A DNA stretch of 64,000 nucleotides, taken from Acidimicrobiia bacterium (lineage in GTDB: Bacteria; Actinomycetota; Acidimicrobiia; Spongiisociales; ZC4RG35). Both the position numbers and the translations under genes were made by a program. The stretch covers positions 10,343 through 74,342 of the forward strand of contig CBDCGI010000005.1 in assembly GCA_965216725.1 (NCBI GenBank), given 5' to 3'. The notes under the pieces were generated by a model, which was not told where the DNA came from, ran no database searches, and saw nothing but the letters and a program-made list of their open reading frames with translations. Position 1 is the first letter of the stretch. Each line of letters opens with the position of its first letter. Positions 16,748 through 25,745 of this stretch are shown one piece after another.

Positions 16748-16851
16748 GCTGCTCCTATCGAGGCTAAGTGACCTGAGCCCCACGGCCCCAGTTGGCAATT
16801 CTGTTTGGCAAATGTCCCATATGTGACGCCGTCCTCCTAAGGACTGCGGGT

Positions 16852-17460
16852 TTAGGAACCCGAGAGGTCCCGACGCAGCCGCTCTTGGACCACTGTGGCG
16901 GTCAGATCGGCACGAGAGCGTTCAACCAAGGACCGTGACACGTCCGTGGTGCGTCGCAGTCCGTGGGTCATGCCGTCGGGATAATCCACCTCGGCCAGCC
17001 GGTCAACGATCTCGTCCATCACCTCGAGTATGCGCGCTGCCTCCGTCACCCGGTCGGAGCGGAGCAAGTCGAGCAGTCTTCGACGCATCTCCCCCACCGA
17101 CTCGCCTAATCCGTGCAAATACGGGACAGGGTCCACACCGAGTTCCCCGAAACCAGGGAGGTCATGGCCTCGGAACAGCGCGGCGGTAAGCCGCGCTTCC
17201 GAATACTCCTTGGCCGCGTCGTGCGAATAGCCGGCGTTGGCGATATCCGGATGACCGGCCAACGCCTGTTGCATCGCAACCAGTCGATCGCCCGCCTCAG
17301 ATATCAACTCATCAGCACGGTCGACCTCGCCGCGATGCAGGGCCCTGATGGCGTTGGCGCAGGCTCTGATGACCTTGCGCGATTCAGTGATGGCGATCTC
17401 ACGAGCTGAGAAGCGCTCGTCGAGTATGGCCCTGGCTGCTTCGATTGAATCTGGGCTCAT
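16852..17460 (-). CDS. Translin-family-like protein (COG2178-like).
   Basis: YLHGLGESVGEMRRRLLDLL resembles the translin/TRAX Y-x-x-G-x-x-D-x-x-GEL-x-R motif. All-helical, about 200 aa. Confidence 0.35.
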   Translation of the reverse strand: MSPDSIEAARAILDERFSAREIAITESRKVIRACANAIRALHRGEVDRADELISEAGDRLVAMQQALAGHPDIANAGYSHDAAKEYSEARLTAALFRGHDLPGFGELGVDPVPYLHGLGESVGEMRRRLLDLLRSDRVTEAARILEVMDEIVDRLAEVDYPDGMTHGLRRTTDVSRSLVERSRADLTATVVQERLRRDLSGS

Positions 17461-17471
17461 CGCCTGGCGGA

Positions 17472-17909
17472 CTAGTTGGCGATGACTCGTATCTGCGGCT
17501 CAGCGGACGAAGCCGTCCGCTCGGAGACATGAACCAGCTTCATGCGCTCCCGCTTTCGCTGGTTCATCTGCGAGACGGCAGCAGCGAACAGCACGATGAG
17601 GGAATCCAGGAACAGGTGAACCAGCAACCAGGCCCAGGAACCCGAGCTCCAGGCCATGTAGAGCGAACCCAGCGCAAGAACTCCGAGGATGAGAAAAACC
17701 CTCCGTCGCCGGCTCCTCATGACATCCCGCTCATTGATCTGCCGGCTGCTGAAAGGGCGACTCTGAACGTCATTCATAACGTGGGTCCAGTTGTCGAATT
17801 CCTCCGTGGAATTGATCGGAGCGTCCTTACGCCCAAAGAAACTGGGGAAAAGGTAGATGCCCCACACCCCTGCAATCAACAGGAGGCCGACCAAGATGCT
17901 GGCTTCCAT
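17472..17909 (-). CDS. Small membrane protein.
   Basis: Two or three predicted TM helices. ATG at 17909 preceded by GGAGTGA. Confidence 0.4.
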   Translation of the reverse strand: MEASILVGLLLIAGVWGIYLFPSFFGRKDAPINSTEEFDNWTHVMNDVQSRPFSSRQINERDVMRSRRRRVFLILGVLALGSLYMAWSSGSWAWLLVHLFLDSLIVLFAAAVSQMNQRKRERMKLVHVSERTASSAEPQIRVIAN

Positions 17910-17971
17910 TTACCTAAATCACTCCGTCCGAAAATCGAGCGTAGCCGCCGGGGCCGCGCTCAAGCAACGAC

Positions 17972-18451
17972 TTACTCCCTCTCCCAGGCTCCGGACCTTC
18001 CCCCACTCTTTCGCAAGAGGCGGATCTTCTCGATCGTGACCTCCCGCTCCACGCTCTTGACCATGTCATAGACCGTGATGGCCGAAATCGAGACGGCAGT
18101 AATGGCTTCCATCTCGACGCCAGTGCGACCGTGGGTGCTAACGGTAGCTCGCACCCGAATCCCATGCCCAGTCGACTCGAGATCAACGGCTACCGAGTCG
18201 AGCTCGATGGGATGGGCCAGAGGCACCAGCTCCCAGGTTCGCTTCGCTGCTTGGATACCGGCGATGCGCGCCGTGGCGGCCGCGTCACCTTTGCCGAGCC
18301 CACCACCCACGAATCGGTCGACCATCTCGGCCGACATTGACACCAGGGCCTCTGCCGTCGCCTCCCGACGTGTCACCTCTTTGTCACCCACATCGACCAT
18401 GTGGACCTCTCCGGCTTTGTTGAGGTGTGTCAGCTCTGACGATTCACTCAT
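17972..18451 (-). CDS. moaC: Cyclic pyranopterin monophosphate synthase MoaC.
   Basis: LTHLNKAGEVHMVDVGDKEVTRREA...AGIQAAKRT...ITVYDMVK is a typical MoaC. Confidence 0.85.
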   Translation of the reverse strand: MSESSELTHLNKAGEVHMVDVGDKEVTRREATAEALVSMSAEMVDRFVGGGLGKGDAAATARIAGIQAAKRTWELVPLAHPIELDSVAVDLESTGHGIRVRATVSTHGRTGVEMEAITAVSISAITVYDMVKSVEREVTIEKIRLLRKSGGRSGAWERE

Positions 18452-19672
18452 TCATCGCACCTCTTCGGACTCGCCCGACTTGATCAACTCCATTGTCATC
18501 GTCTCCCCTTGCTCCACTTTGGACACGCCGACAGGTACCACCGCCAACCCGTCGGCGTATGCGGCAGCCGACAGAACGTTCGATGACTGACCTCCGGACG
18601 CCTCCACCACCCAAGAACCGTCTTCACGGCCCACGACCCGCACCCGGAGGAAGACCTGCTTCGCCGGATCGGTCTCGAAATCCTGACCTGCGATTACGCC
18701 AATCCGGGGCCTGAAAAGCGATCTCGACCCTGCCATCTTCAGTAGGGCGGGCCGCACCAGCTGTTCGTATGACACGAAGGCCGATACCGGATTGCCGGGT
18801 AGGCCGAAGAATGGTGTCCCGCCGAAAACCCCGAACGCGAAAGGCTTCGCCGGCTGAATCGCAACCTTCCAGAACCCCACTTCGCCGCCTCCTTCGAGCA
18901 ACAGTTTGGTGACGTCGTGATCCCCCATTGATACCCCACCACTGGACACCATGGCGTCGAGATCGGTCCCTCGTTCCAGAGCCGTAGCCAGTTGGGCCGG
19001 ATCGTCGGGGATTCGGCCTAGATCCACCCCCTGCAAACCTGTCGCTTCGAGCATCGCGGCAATCATCGGACGGTTGGAGTCGCGAATCATCCCAGGCTGT
19101 AGGGGGCCACCGTCGATCGCTGCCAGTTCGTCGCCAGTGGACATGTAGCCGACGCGAACCATGCGGTACACGGTCGGCTGATGGATGCCCAGAGTCGCCA
19201 GAACACCGATATGGGTCGGACCGAGCCGCGTTCCGACTTCGAGGACCAGATCACCGGCGGTGACGTCGCCACCGGCGGGTCGGACGGCAGTTCCTTCGGA
19301 GACCGCTACAAGGATCTCGACTTTGTCCCCGTCTGAATCGGTGTCTTCAACTCTCACCACCGCATCCGCGCCATCGGGCATCGGCGCCCCGGTCATTATC
19401 TTCAATGCCTCTCCACGGCCGACCGTCGTCGTTGGAATCATCCCGGCGGCAAGGTCTCCGATCAGCCTCAGAACCGAGCCTGGCTCTGCCACGTCCGCAG
19501 AGCGAACCGCGTACCCGTCCATGGCCGAGTTCCGGAAAGGCGGAACATCCTCGGCGGCCAGCAGGTCCTGGGCCAGTATCCGGCCCAAGGCCTCAGCCAA
19601 GGGGACATCCTCGGATTCGACAGGAGAAACGAGATCCAAGACCCCTGCCAGGACCTCCTCGATTGGGGTCAT
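18452..19672 (-). CDS. moeA: Molybdopterin molybdotransferase MoeA.
   Basis: MoeA N-terminus (FRNSAMDGYAVRSAD) and MoCF-binding domain (VSSGGVSMGDHD). ATG at 19672 preceded by GGAGTGG; the track ORF start at 19708 would overlap galU. Confidence 0.85.
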   Translation of the reverse strand: MTPIEEVLAGVLDLVSPVESEDVPLAEALGRILAQDLLAAEDVPPFRNSAMDGYAVRSADVAEPGSVLRLIGDLAAGMIPTTTVGRGEALKIMTGAPMPDGADAVVRVEDTDSDGDKVEILVAVSEGTAVRPAGGDVTAGDLVLEVGTRLGPTHIGVLATLGIHQPTVYRMVRVGYMSTGDELAAIDGGPLQPGMIRDSNRPMIAAMLEATGLQGVDLGRIPDDPAQLATALERGTDLDAMVSSGGVSMGDHDVTKLLLEGGGEVGFWKVAIQPAKPFAFGVFGGTPFFGLPGNPVSAFVSYEQLVRPALLKMAGSRSLFRPRIGVIAGQDFETDPAKQVFLRVRVVGREDGSWVVEASGGQSSNVLSAAAYADGLAVVPVGVSKVEQGETMTMELIKSGESEEVR

Positions 19673-19685
19673 CTCGATTCCACTC

Positions 19686-20489
19686 CTAGTCCTCGGCCCG
19701 GCTGTCAAACTCGACGCCGAACTGGTGGCGACCCAGCTCCAGCGAAGCCTGCAAGAGGCCGAGCGGAGTCCCCACGTCTAGGAGATCGTGTTCGGAGACA
19801 AATCCGCGGAGACGCCCTCGCTCGCCAAGAATGTGTATTGCATCGGTGAGTTGGATCTCACCGCCTGCCCCTGGTTCCAGACCGCCCAGGATCTCGAACA
19901 CTTCGGACGTGAACAAGTATCTCCCCACGATCCCGAGATTGCTGGGGGCCGCTTCGACACCAGGTTTTTCGACGGCACCAGCCAGATCGAGATACCCCTC
20001 CCGCTCGTCGGAATCGGGTATGACGATCCCGTACTTCGACAAGTACTCCTCACCGAGGCGGCGAACACACACAACCGACGTGTCACCGTCTCTACTTCCC
20101 GAAGCAAGCTGGGACAGAACATCTGCTCCTGGGCGAACGATCATGTCAGCGAGCAGACAGAAGAAGGGACGATCGCCCACCATGTGCATTGCCTCGTTGA
20201 CGGCATGACCCAGGCCCAGTGGCTCCTCCTGGACGACTGGCCTCAGCCCAACGTCGTCCAAACCGGGCAGCGGCCCTTCGAGGCTGAAGTGCTGGGCAAC
20301 CAGGTGACCGGCGTCGAGGTCGACCACGACAATGGCCTCCTTGGCGCCGGCACGAGCCGCCTCTTCGACCGCATACTGGATCGCGGGACGGTCGACGACC
20401 GTCAGCAGCGCTTTGGGCACCACCCGCGTCGCCGGACGCATCCGAGTGCCCCGTCCCGCCGCCGGGATCACCGCAACGTCAATACTCAT
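19686..20489 (-). CDS. galU: UTP--glucose-1-phosphate uridylyltransferase.
   Basis: VIPAAGRGTRMRPATRVVPKALLTVVDRPAIQY nucleotidyltransferase motif. ATG at 20489 preceded by AACGGAGGAA. Confidence 0.85.
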   Translation of the reverse strand: MSIDVAVIPAAGRGTRMRPATRVVPKALLTVVDRPAIQYAVEEAARAGAKEAIVVVDLDAGHLVAQHFSLEGPLPGLDDVGLRPVVQEEPLGLGHAVNEAMHMVGDRPFFCLLADMIVRPGADVLSQLASGSRDGDTSVVCVRRLGEEYLSKYGIVIPDSDEREGYLDLAGAVEKPGVEAAPSNLGIVGRYLFTSEVFEILGGLEPGAGGEIQLTDAIHILGERGRLRGFVSEHDLLDVGTPLGLLQASLELGRHQFGVEFDSRAED

Positions 20490-21088
20490 GTGGAAACCTT
20501 TTCCTCCGTTCCGCTGACCATCCGCCTGATGTTCCCCCTGTGCCGCCACACCACGAGCACGAGCATCAATCCCGTCCAAAGAAGGCTCAGGCCGGCCACA
20601 CCCTGCCACACCAGAAGAGGGATCGTCATGATGACGACCACCATCGAGCCGACCGAGGCGGTCTTAGTCACCACTACCACAGCCACCCAGATGGCAATGT
20701 CGAGTATGCCGACCAAAGGGGCAGACCAGAGAAGCATTCCCGCGCTCGTGGCCACGCCTTTCCCGCCACTAAACCTGTGGAAGACGGGGTAGCAATGCCC
20801 TACCACAGCTGCCAGGCCTCCGGCGAACGCCCAATGTGTGATCTCGGCGGCGCCGTCGGCAGCTGCAATCGTGGCCATCGCGGCGCCGATGAAACCCTTG
20901 AGCATGTCGAGAAGGAAGACCAACGCCCCTGGGAAACGTCCCAATGTGCGTCGCACATTCGAAGCGCCCGGGTTGCCACTGCCCTCGTTGCGAATGTCCA
21001 CCCCGTACATCCGAGCCACGATCACGGCAAAGTCGATGCTTCCCACCACATAGGCGGCAACCAGGGCGAGAGCTATCTGGGGAGTCAT
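20486..21088 (-). CDS. plsY: Glycerol-3-phosphate acyltransferase PlsY.
   Basis: GSGNPGASNV motif. Polytopic. The stop overlaps the galU start. Confidence 0.8.
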   Translation of the reverse strand: MTPQIALALVAAYVVGSIDFAVIVARMYGVDIRNEGSGNPGASNVRRTLGRFPGALVFLLDMLKGFIGAAMATIAAADGAAEITHWAFAGGLAAVVGHCYPVFHRFSGGKGVATSAGMLLWSAPLVGILDIAIWVAVVVVTKTASVGSMVVVIMTIPLLVWQGVAGLSLLWTGLMLVLVVWRHRGNIRRMVSGTEEKVST

Positions 21089-21182
21089 CGCTGGCGATGA
21101 TATCGACGAGTCACGGAATGGAACCAGCGAGCACACGGTTGTAGAATTCGCCCCGTCCACCAACCCCTAGCGGTCGAACCTC

Positions 21183-21458
21183 ATGCCTACCTACGAGTAC
21201 ACCTGTAAAAGCTGCGGCACCAATCTCGAGGTGTTTCAGTCGTTCTCGGACAAGCCGCTCAAAAAGTGCCCGGAATGCGCCGGCGAGCTTCAGAAGGTGT
21301 TCCACGCTCGAGGCGTCGTCTTCAAAGGAACCGGCTTCTACGCAACCGACTCCAGGGGCAAATCCGCCGCCGAGAACGGGGACAGCAAGCCAGCGAAGAA
21401 CGGCGCCAAGCCCAAGCCTGCCGAAAAGAAGCCGGCCTCCACCACGTCCGGCGACTGA
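21183..21458 (+). CDS. FmdB-family zinc-ribbon protein.
   Basis: MPTYEYTCKSCG...KKCPECAG: CxxC...CxxC zinc ribbon with a Lys/Pro-rich tail. Confidence 0.7.
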   Translation: MPTYEYTCKSCGTNLEVFQSFSDKPLKKCPECAGELQKVFHARGVVFKGTGFYATDSRGKSAAENGDSKPAKNGAKPKPAEKKPASTTSGD

Positions 21459-21503
21459 CGCGCCACCCTTCCCTGGGCTCCAATCCCGGCATACGTTGGA
21501 CGT

Positions 21504-22022
21504 GTGCTTTGGCTACAGACCCCAGCCTGGGGACGACGGCTGGCAGCGCTCGCCCTGGCCGGTATTGCCGTCTTCGTCGAGTTCTCGCCGTCGTCGTCTG
21601 CGGATCATCCTTTTCTCACCTCAGACGTCGTAGCCGGCGACGAGATAGGCGACTGGAACACTGACATGCGCCAGGTACCCGAAGGCGTATTCGGCGAAGT
21701 GAGCTTGCCAGCGGTGGCCGGCCAGCCCATCAACGCCGGCGAGCCCCTATTGGCATCGATGCTGGGAGGTGCCGAAGACCTGGTTCCCCCTGGTTGGCTG
21801 GTGCTCGAAATCGAGCTACCCCCATCAGCGACCCGGGGTTCATCGGCGAAGCTGGTGCTGGTGAACACGGGAGACATCTTCGACGCGGTCGTGGTCTCAG
21901 TGTCGGGCGAAAGCGCGCTGGGTGCGACTCGAGGAGAAGTTGCCGTAGAGGACCGAGCAGCGGGAGCCGTGGCTGGCGCAGTCGCCCGGGGCGACGCCTT
22001 GGCCTTGATCGAGACCCGATGA
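21504..22022 (+). CDS. SAF-domain-like secreted or membrane-anchored protein.
   Basis: N-terminal hydrophobic segment, then a VVAGDEIGD...AGQPINAGEPL SAF-like segment. Sits between fmdB and uppP. Confidence 0.35.
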   Translation: MLWLQTPAWGRRLAALALAGIAVFVEFSPSSSADHPFLTSDVVAGDEIGDWNTDMRQVPEGVFGEVSLPAVAGQPINAGEPLLASMLGGAEDLVPPGWLVLEIELPPSATRGSSAKLVLVNTGDIFDAVVVSVSGESALGATRGEVAVEDRAAGAVAGAVARGDALALIETR

Positions 22023-22041
22023 GAGCCGCCACTAGCGTGGC

Positions 22042-22818
22042 ATGGTGCTCGAAACCATCGTCTGGGGGATCATCCAGGGGCTGACCGAGTTCCTGCCCGT
22101 GTCTTCGTCGGGCCACCTGGTGGTGATTCCGGCGTTCCTCGCGGAACTGGGGTTTGACATCTCGGCGCCGTCGCTGGCCGTTTCAGCGGTGCTCCATTTG
22201 GGGACTCTGCTCGCAGTCGTCTTCTACTACCGGCGGGATCTCGCCAAGGTTCTTCGGATGCGGCACGACGCCGAAGGCCGGACGATCGCACTACTTGTCG
22301 GTGTCGGCACCGTCCCGGTGCTGGTCGGCCTACCACTCGAGGCCACTCTCGACAACTTTCAGGACACCGCTAGAAATGTGGGATGGGCCTTGATCGCGAC
22401 AGGGTTGGTTCTGGTGGCGGGGCAAAGGCTCGCCGTAGGCACGCGGGCCCTGACCACGGGAAAGGTCCCCGATGCGATCGTCGTCGGGATCGCACAGGCC
22501 TTTGCGCTGATACCGGGTATCTCTCGATCGGGAGTGACGATTTCGGCCGGCAACGGTCGGAAGTTCGATCCATCCGAGGCGGCGCGTTTTGCCTTTCTGC
22601 TGGGCATTCCAGCCATAGCAGGGGCCGGAATCTCCCAGTTGCCGGACCTCTTCGAGGAAGGCGGGTCGGGCGGCGAGCTAACCGTAGGTCTTCTCGTCGC
22701 CGCTGTGACCGGGTATCTGGCGATCTCGCTTCTTCTCAACGCCATCCGGCGCGTCGGTCTTTACCCGTTTGCCGCGTACTGCCTTCTCATCGGGGGCCTC
22801 ACGTTGGCATTCCTCTAG
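22042..22818 (+). CDS. uppP: Undecaprenyl-diphosphatase.
   Basis: GLTEFLPVSSSGHL and SRSGVTI motifs of the BacA/UppP family. Confidence 0.85.
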   Translation: MVLETIVWGIIQGLTEFLPVSSSGHLVVIPAFLAELGFDISAPSLAVSAVLHLGTLLAVVFYYRRDLAKVLRMRHDAEGRTIALLVGVGTVPVLVGLPLEATLDNFQDTARNVGWALIATGLVLVAGQRLAVGTRALTTGKVPDAIVVGIAQAFALIPGISRSGVTISAGNGRKFDPSEAARFAFLLGIPAIAGAGISQLPDLFEEGGSGGELTVGLLVAAVTGYLAISLLLNAIRRVGLYPFAAYCLLIGGLTLAFL

Positions 22819-22853
22819 GGGTCTAACCTCGGCTCACCTACCACGGAGATGAC

Positions 22854-23333
22854 ATGACACACCCCCTGCTCCAGGAGCAAATGGACAGGCGCGCCTACGT
22901 CCGCACATTGCTGGATCGGACGCCAGATCAGTACGCCGCCGTACGCGACCTGTGGAAGGCACATTCTCTGGCGGAGGACGCTCGAGACATCCCGGGTTTG
23001 ATGGCCACTCTCACCGAGGACTGTGTGTACGAGCTACCGCAGTTCGGCCACAAATGGGAAGGGCATAGCGGTGCGACACGCTTCTACACGGAGCTTCTGA
23101 CCGCGTTCCCTGATATCGACTTCGCCCTGACCAACATCATCGTCGGGCCCCAAGGGGTATGCGAAGAGGCAGTCACCTGGGGTACGCATCGAGGGGCCTG
23201 GCTCGGGGCCGAGCCCAGCGGACAACAGGTGGTATGGCGCAACGTCATCTTCTTCCCGTGGGATCCCGACGAGCGGCTCTTCACCGGTGAGAGGGTGTAC
23301 TCATACTTCCCCGACGGTGAGATCGCCGGTTGA
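22854..23333 (+). CDS. SnoaL-like / NTF2-like fold protein.
   Basis: The size and the ATLTEDCVYE...WRNVIFF pattern resemble SnoaL-like polyketide cyclase-family proteins. Confidence 0.45.
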   Translation: MTHPLLQEQMDRRAYVRTLLDRTPDQYAAVRDLWKAHSLAEDARDIPGLMATLTEDCVYELPQFGHKWEGHSGATRFYTELLTAFPDIDFALTNIIVGPQGVCEEAVTWGTHRGAWLGAEPSGQQVVWRNVIFFPWDPDERLFTGERVYSYFPDGEIAG

Positions 23334-23423
23334 CCCAGTCGGGCCGCAGCATCCGCGGCACGGTGCTTTCATCGAGGTTCGCTTGTGTCGAGCCGCTTTT
23401 CGTTGAGCCCGCTTTTTGTCGAA

Positions 23424-23612
23424 CCTGCACCAGAACGCGCCATACGCGGCTCAATGCACGGTCGACAAAACGGATCCCACCCTCACTCCACGAGCCTGCA
23501 CCAGAACGCGCCATACGCGGCTCAATGCCGGGTCGACAAAACGGATCCCACCCTCACTCCACGAGCCTGCACCAGAACGCGCCATACGCGGCTCAATGCC
23601 GGGTCGAGGAAC
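23424..23612. repeat. Tandem direct repeat with a ~70-bp unit, about 2.6 copies, in the convergent intergenic region between the SnoaL-like gene and dapB.
   Basis: Unit ctgcaccagaacgcgccatacgcggctcaatgc(a/c)(c/g)ggtcgacaaaacggatcccaccctcactccacgagc appears at 23424-23493 and 23494-23564, with a partial copy to about 23612. Confidence 0.85.
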
Positions 23613-23652
23613 CATGCTGGCTCGATGGCAACCCGAGGCGAGAGTCGTCGAA

Positions 23653-24399
23653 TCAGATGACGGCGTCGAGACCGACATGGACACCTCGACCCAGTCGGCC
23701 CACACCCCGGATTGCCGCCAACGCGCCTCCCACAAACGACTGGTAGCTGGTGGAAAGGTGCTCGAGCGTGAGGACCTCTCCCCCATTCGACAACACAACT
23801 TCCTGTTGAGCGATGACGCCCGGCAACCGAAGCGAATGCACCGACACCCCTTCCACGTCGGCACCCAGTGCACCATTGACCAACTCCTCCGACCGCCGAA
23901 TCGAGGAGCCGCCTGCCTGCGCAATACGGGCCGCGGTGGCAAGAGCCGTTCCCGAAGGTGCATCGGGTTTGGATGCACCGTGACGCTCTACCACTTCGAC
24001 CGCCTCGAAATGAGCGGACGCCTCTCCGGCGAAACGCATCATCAGCACCGCTCCGATGGAGAAGTTGGGGACGACCAGGCAAGGCCGATCTGAATTCCAT
24101 TGCGATTCGAGCAGGCCAAGACGCTCCGTGGTGAATCCGGACGTGCCCACAACGGCCGCCACACCCAGCTCACACCAGGCATCGAGGTTGTCGAGGACGA
24201 CATCAGGGTGCGCGGTCTCCAACACCACATCAGCCTCCACGACGTCGAAGGTTGCGGCGACGGCGACACCAGCGATCACCTCTCCAGCGCGGTTGGGGTT
24301 GTAGAGAGCTGCCAACTCGATGTCGTCGGCGGCGGCGATCGCCTCGATTATCGGAGTTGCCAGCCGTCCGCCGGCACCCGAAACCGCAACCCGGGTCAA
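23653..24399 (-). CDS. dapB: 4-hydroxy-tetrahydrodipicolinate reductase.
   Basis: MTRVAVSGAGGRLA NAD-binding N-terminus and DapB C-terminal domain. TTG start at 24399 overlaps the stop of the upstream gene (TTGA). Confidence 0.8.
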   Translation of the reverse strand: MTRVAVSGAGGRLATPIIEAIAAADDIELAALYNPNRAGEVIAGVAVAATFDVVEADVVLETAHPDVVLDNLDAWCELGVAAVVGTSGFTTERLGLLESQWNSDRPCLVVPNFSIGAVLMMRFAGEASAHFEAVEVVERHGASKPDAPSGTALATAARIAQAGGSSIRRSEELVNGALGADVEGVSVHSLRLPGVIAQQEVVLSNGGEVLTLEHLSTSYQSFVGGALAAIRGVGRLGRGVHVGLDAVI

Positions 24400-25709
24400 G
24401 CCAACGCCTCGTTCAGAGACTCTTCGAATACCTGCAGCGTCTTGGCAACATCCTCGTCGGTGTGAGCGGCGCAGATGAACCAGGTCTCGAGCGCATCCGG
24501 ACACGGCATCACACCCTTCCTGATCATTCGCATGCAGACGTCCTCGTAAAGGTCACCGTTGTGTCGGGCGGTGTCGCGGAACTCGGTCATGACCCCTTCA
24601 CCGATGAACACCGAGAACATCGAAGGATGGCCGGTGATGCTGGATGTCACCCCGCGATCGGCCAGGACCCCAGCCAACCCTTCCATCAGAGCGACACCGA
24701 CGGAGTTGATCCGCTCGTGAGGCTCGCCGGTCGACAGCCGGTCGATCGTCGCCGCAGCGGCCGCCGTCGACGTGCCGTTGCCCGAGTAGGTCCCCGCCTG
24801 CCCGATTCCGCCTTCGAGCCACCCTTGTGCGGCGGATCCTCGCATCGCAATTGCCGCGACCGGGTAGCCGTTACCCATCGACTTCGCATAGGTGCCGATG
24901 TCCGGAGTCACCCCAAAGACCTCTTTGGCTCCTCCCACGGCGGTCCGGAATCCGGTCTTGACCTCGTCGAAGATCAACAGCGCCTCATACTCGTCGCAGA
25001 GCTGGCGCAGCCCCTCGAGGAAACCTGGGATCGGCATGATGCCGAACGTATTTCCGAGGATCGGCTCAACGATCACCGCGGCGATCCTGTCGCCCTCGTT
25101 ACGGAACAGTTTCTCCACGATGTCGAGGTCGTTGTAAGGCAAGGTCCGGATGTAAGTCCTGATCGTTTCGGGTATGCCCTTGCTGGTCGGTGCCGGAGTT
25201 GGCTCTTCTCGGTCCCCCAGGGCCTCCACTTTCGAGCTGGCGGTGGAGAACATGACGTAGTCGTGCACCCCGTGGTACTGGCCTTCGAACTTGAGCACCA
25301 CGTCACGTCCAGTCAGGCCTCGCGCCAGACGGATGGAATGCATCGTGGCCTCGGTGCCGGTGTTGGTGAACCGCATCGTCTCGGCCCAGCCCAGTGCGCC
25401 GATGACTTTCTCCGCCGCCTCCACCTCGCGGCGCTGGGTCATCGCAAAGCTGGTTGCTCCGTCTCTCGCCGCCTCCGCCACCGCATCGGCGACAGCTTCA
25501 TCGCCGTGACCGAGAATCACAGGGCCGAACCCAAGCTGGTAGTCGATATAGCGTTTCCCGTCCATATCGATGAGGTGGCCGCCCTCTCCGCGATCTATGA
25601 CGATCGTGTCCTCGTCACCCCAATATCGGAACTGGCTAGACACCCCGTTGACCAGGGAGCCTTTCGCCCGCTGAAACCATTGGCTTGTCTGCTGGCCCTG
25701 CAGGCCCAT
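24396..25709 (-). CDS. Class-III aminotransferase, glutamate-1-semialdehyde 2,1-aminomutase-like.
   Basis: GSLVNGVSSQFRYWGDED...IDYQLGFGPVILGHGD...FDEVKTGFR is the PLP fold-type I class-III pattern. Confidence 0.75.
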   Translation of the reverse strand: MGLQGQQTSQWFQRAKGSLVNGVSSQFRYWGDEDTIVIDRGEGGHLIDMDGKRYIDYQLGFGPVILGHGDEAVADAVAEAARDGATSFAMTQRREVEAAEKVIGALGWAETMRFTNTGTEATMHSIRLARGLTGRDVVLKFEGQYHGVHDYVMFSTASSKVEALGDREEPTPAPTSKGIPETIRTYIRTLPYNDLDIVEKLFRNEGDRIAAVIVEPILGNTFGIMPIPGFLEGLRQLCDEYEALLIFDEVKTGFRTAVGGAKEVFGVTPDIGTYAKSMGNGYPVAAIAMRGSAAQGWLEGGIGQAGTYSGNGTSTAAAAATIDRLSTGEPHERINSVGVALMEGLAGVLADRGVTSSITGHPSMFSVFIGEGVMTEFRDTARHNGDLYEDVCMRMIRKGVMPCPDALETWFICAAHTDEDVAKTLQVFEESLNEALA

Positions 25710-25745
25710 GAAACACGCTCCTGAAGTCGGATCGAGCGGCGAACG

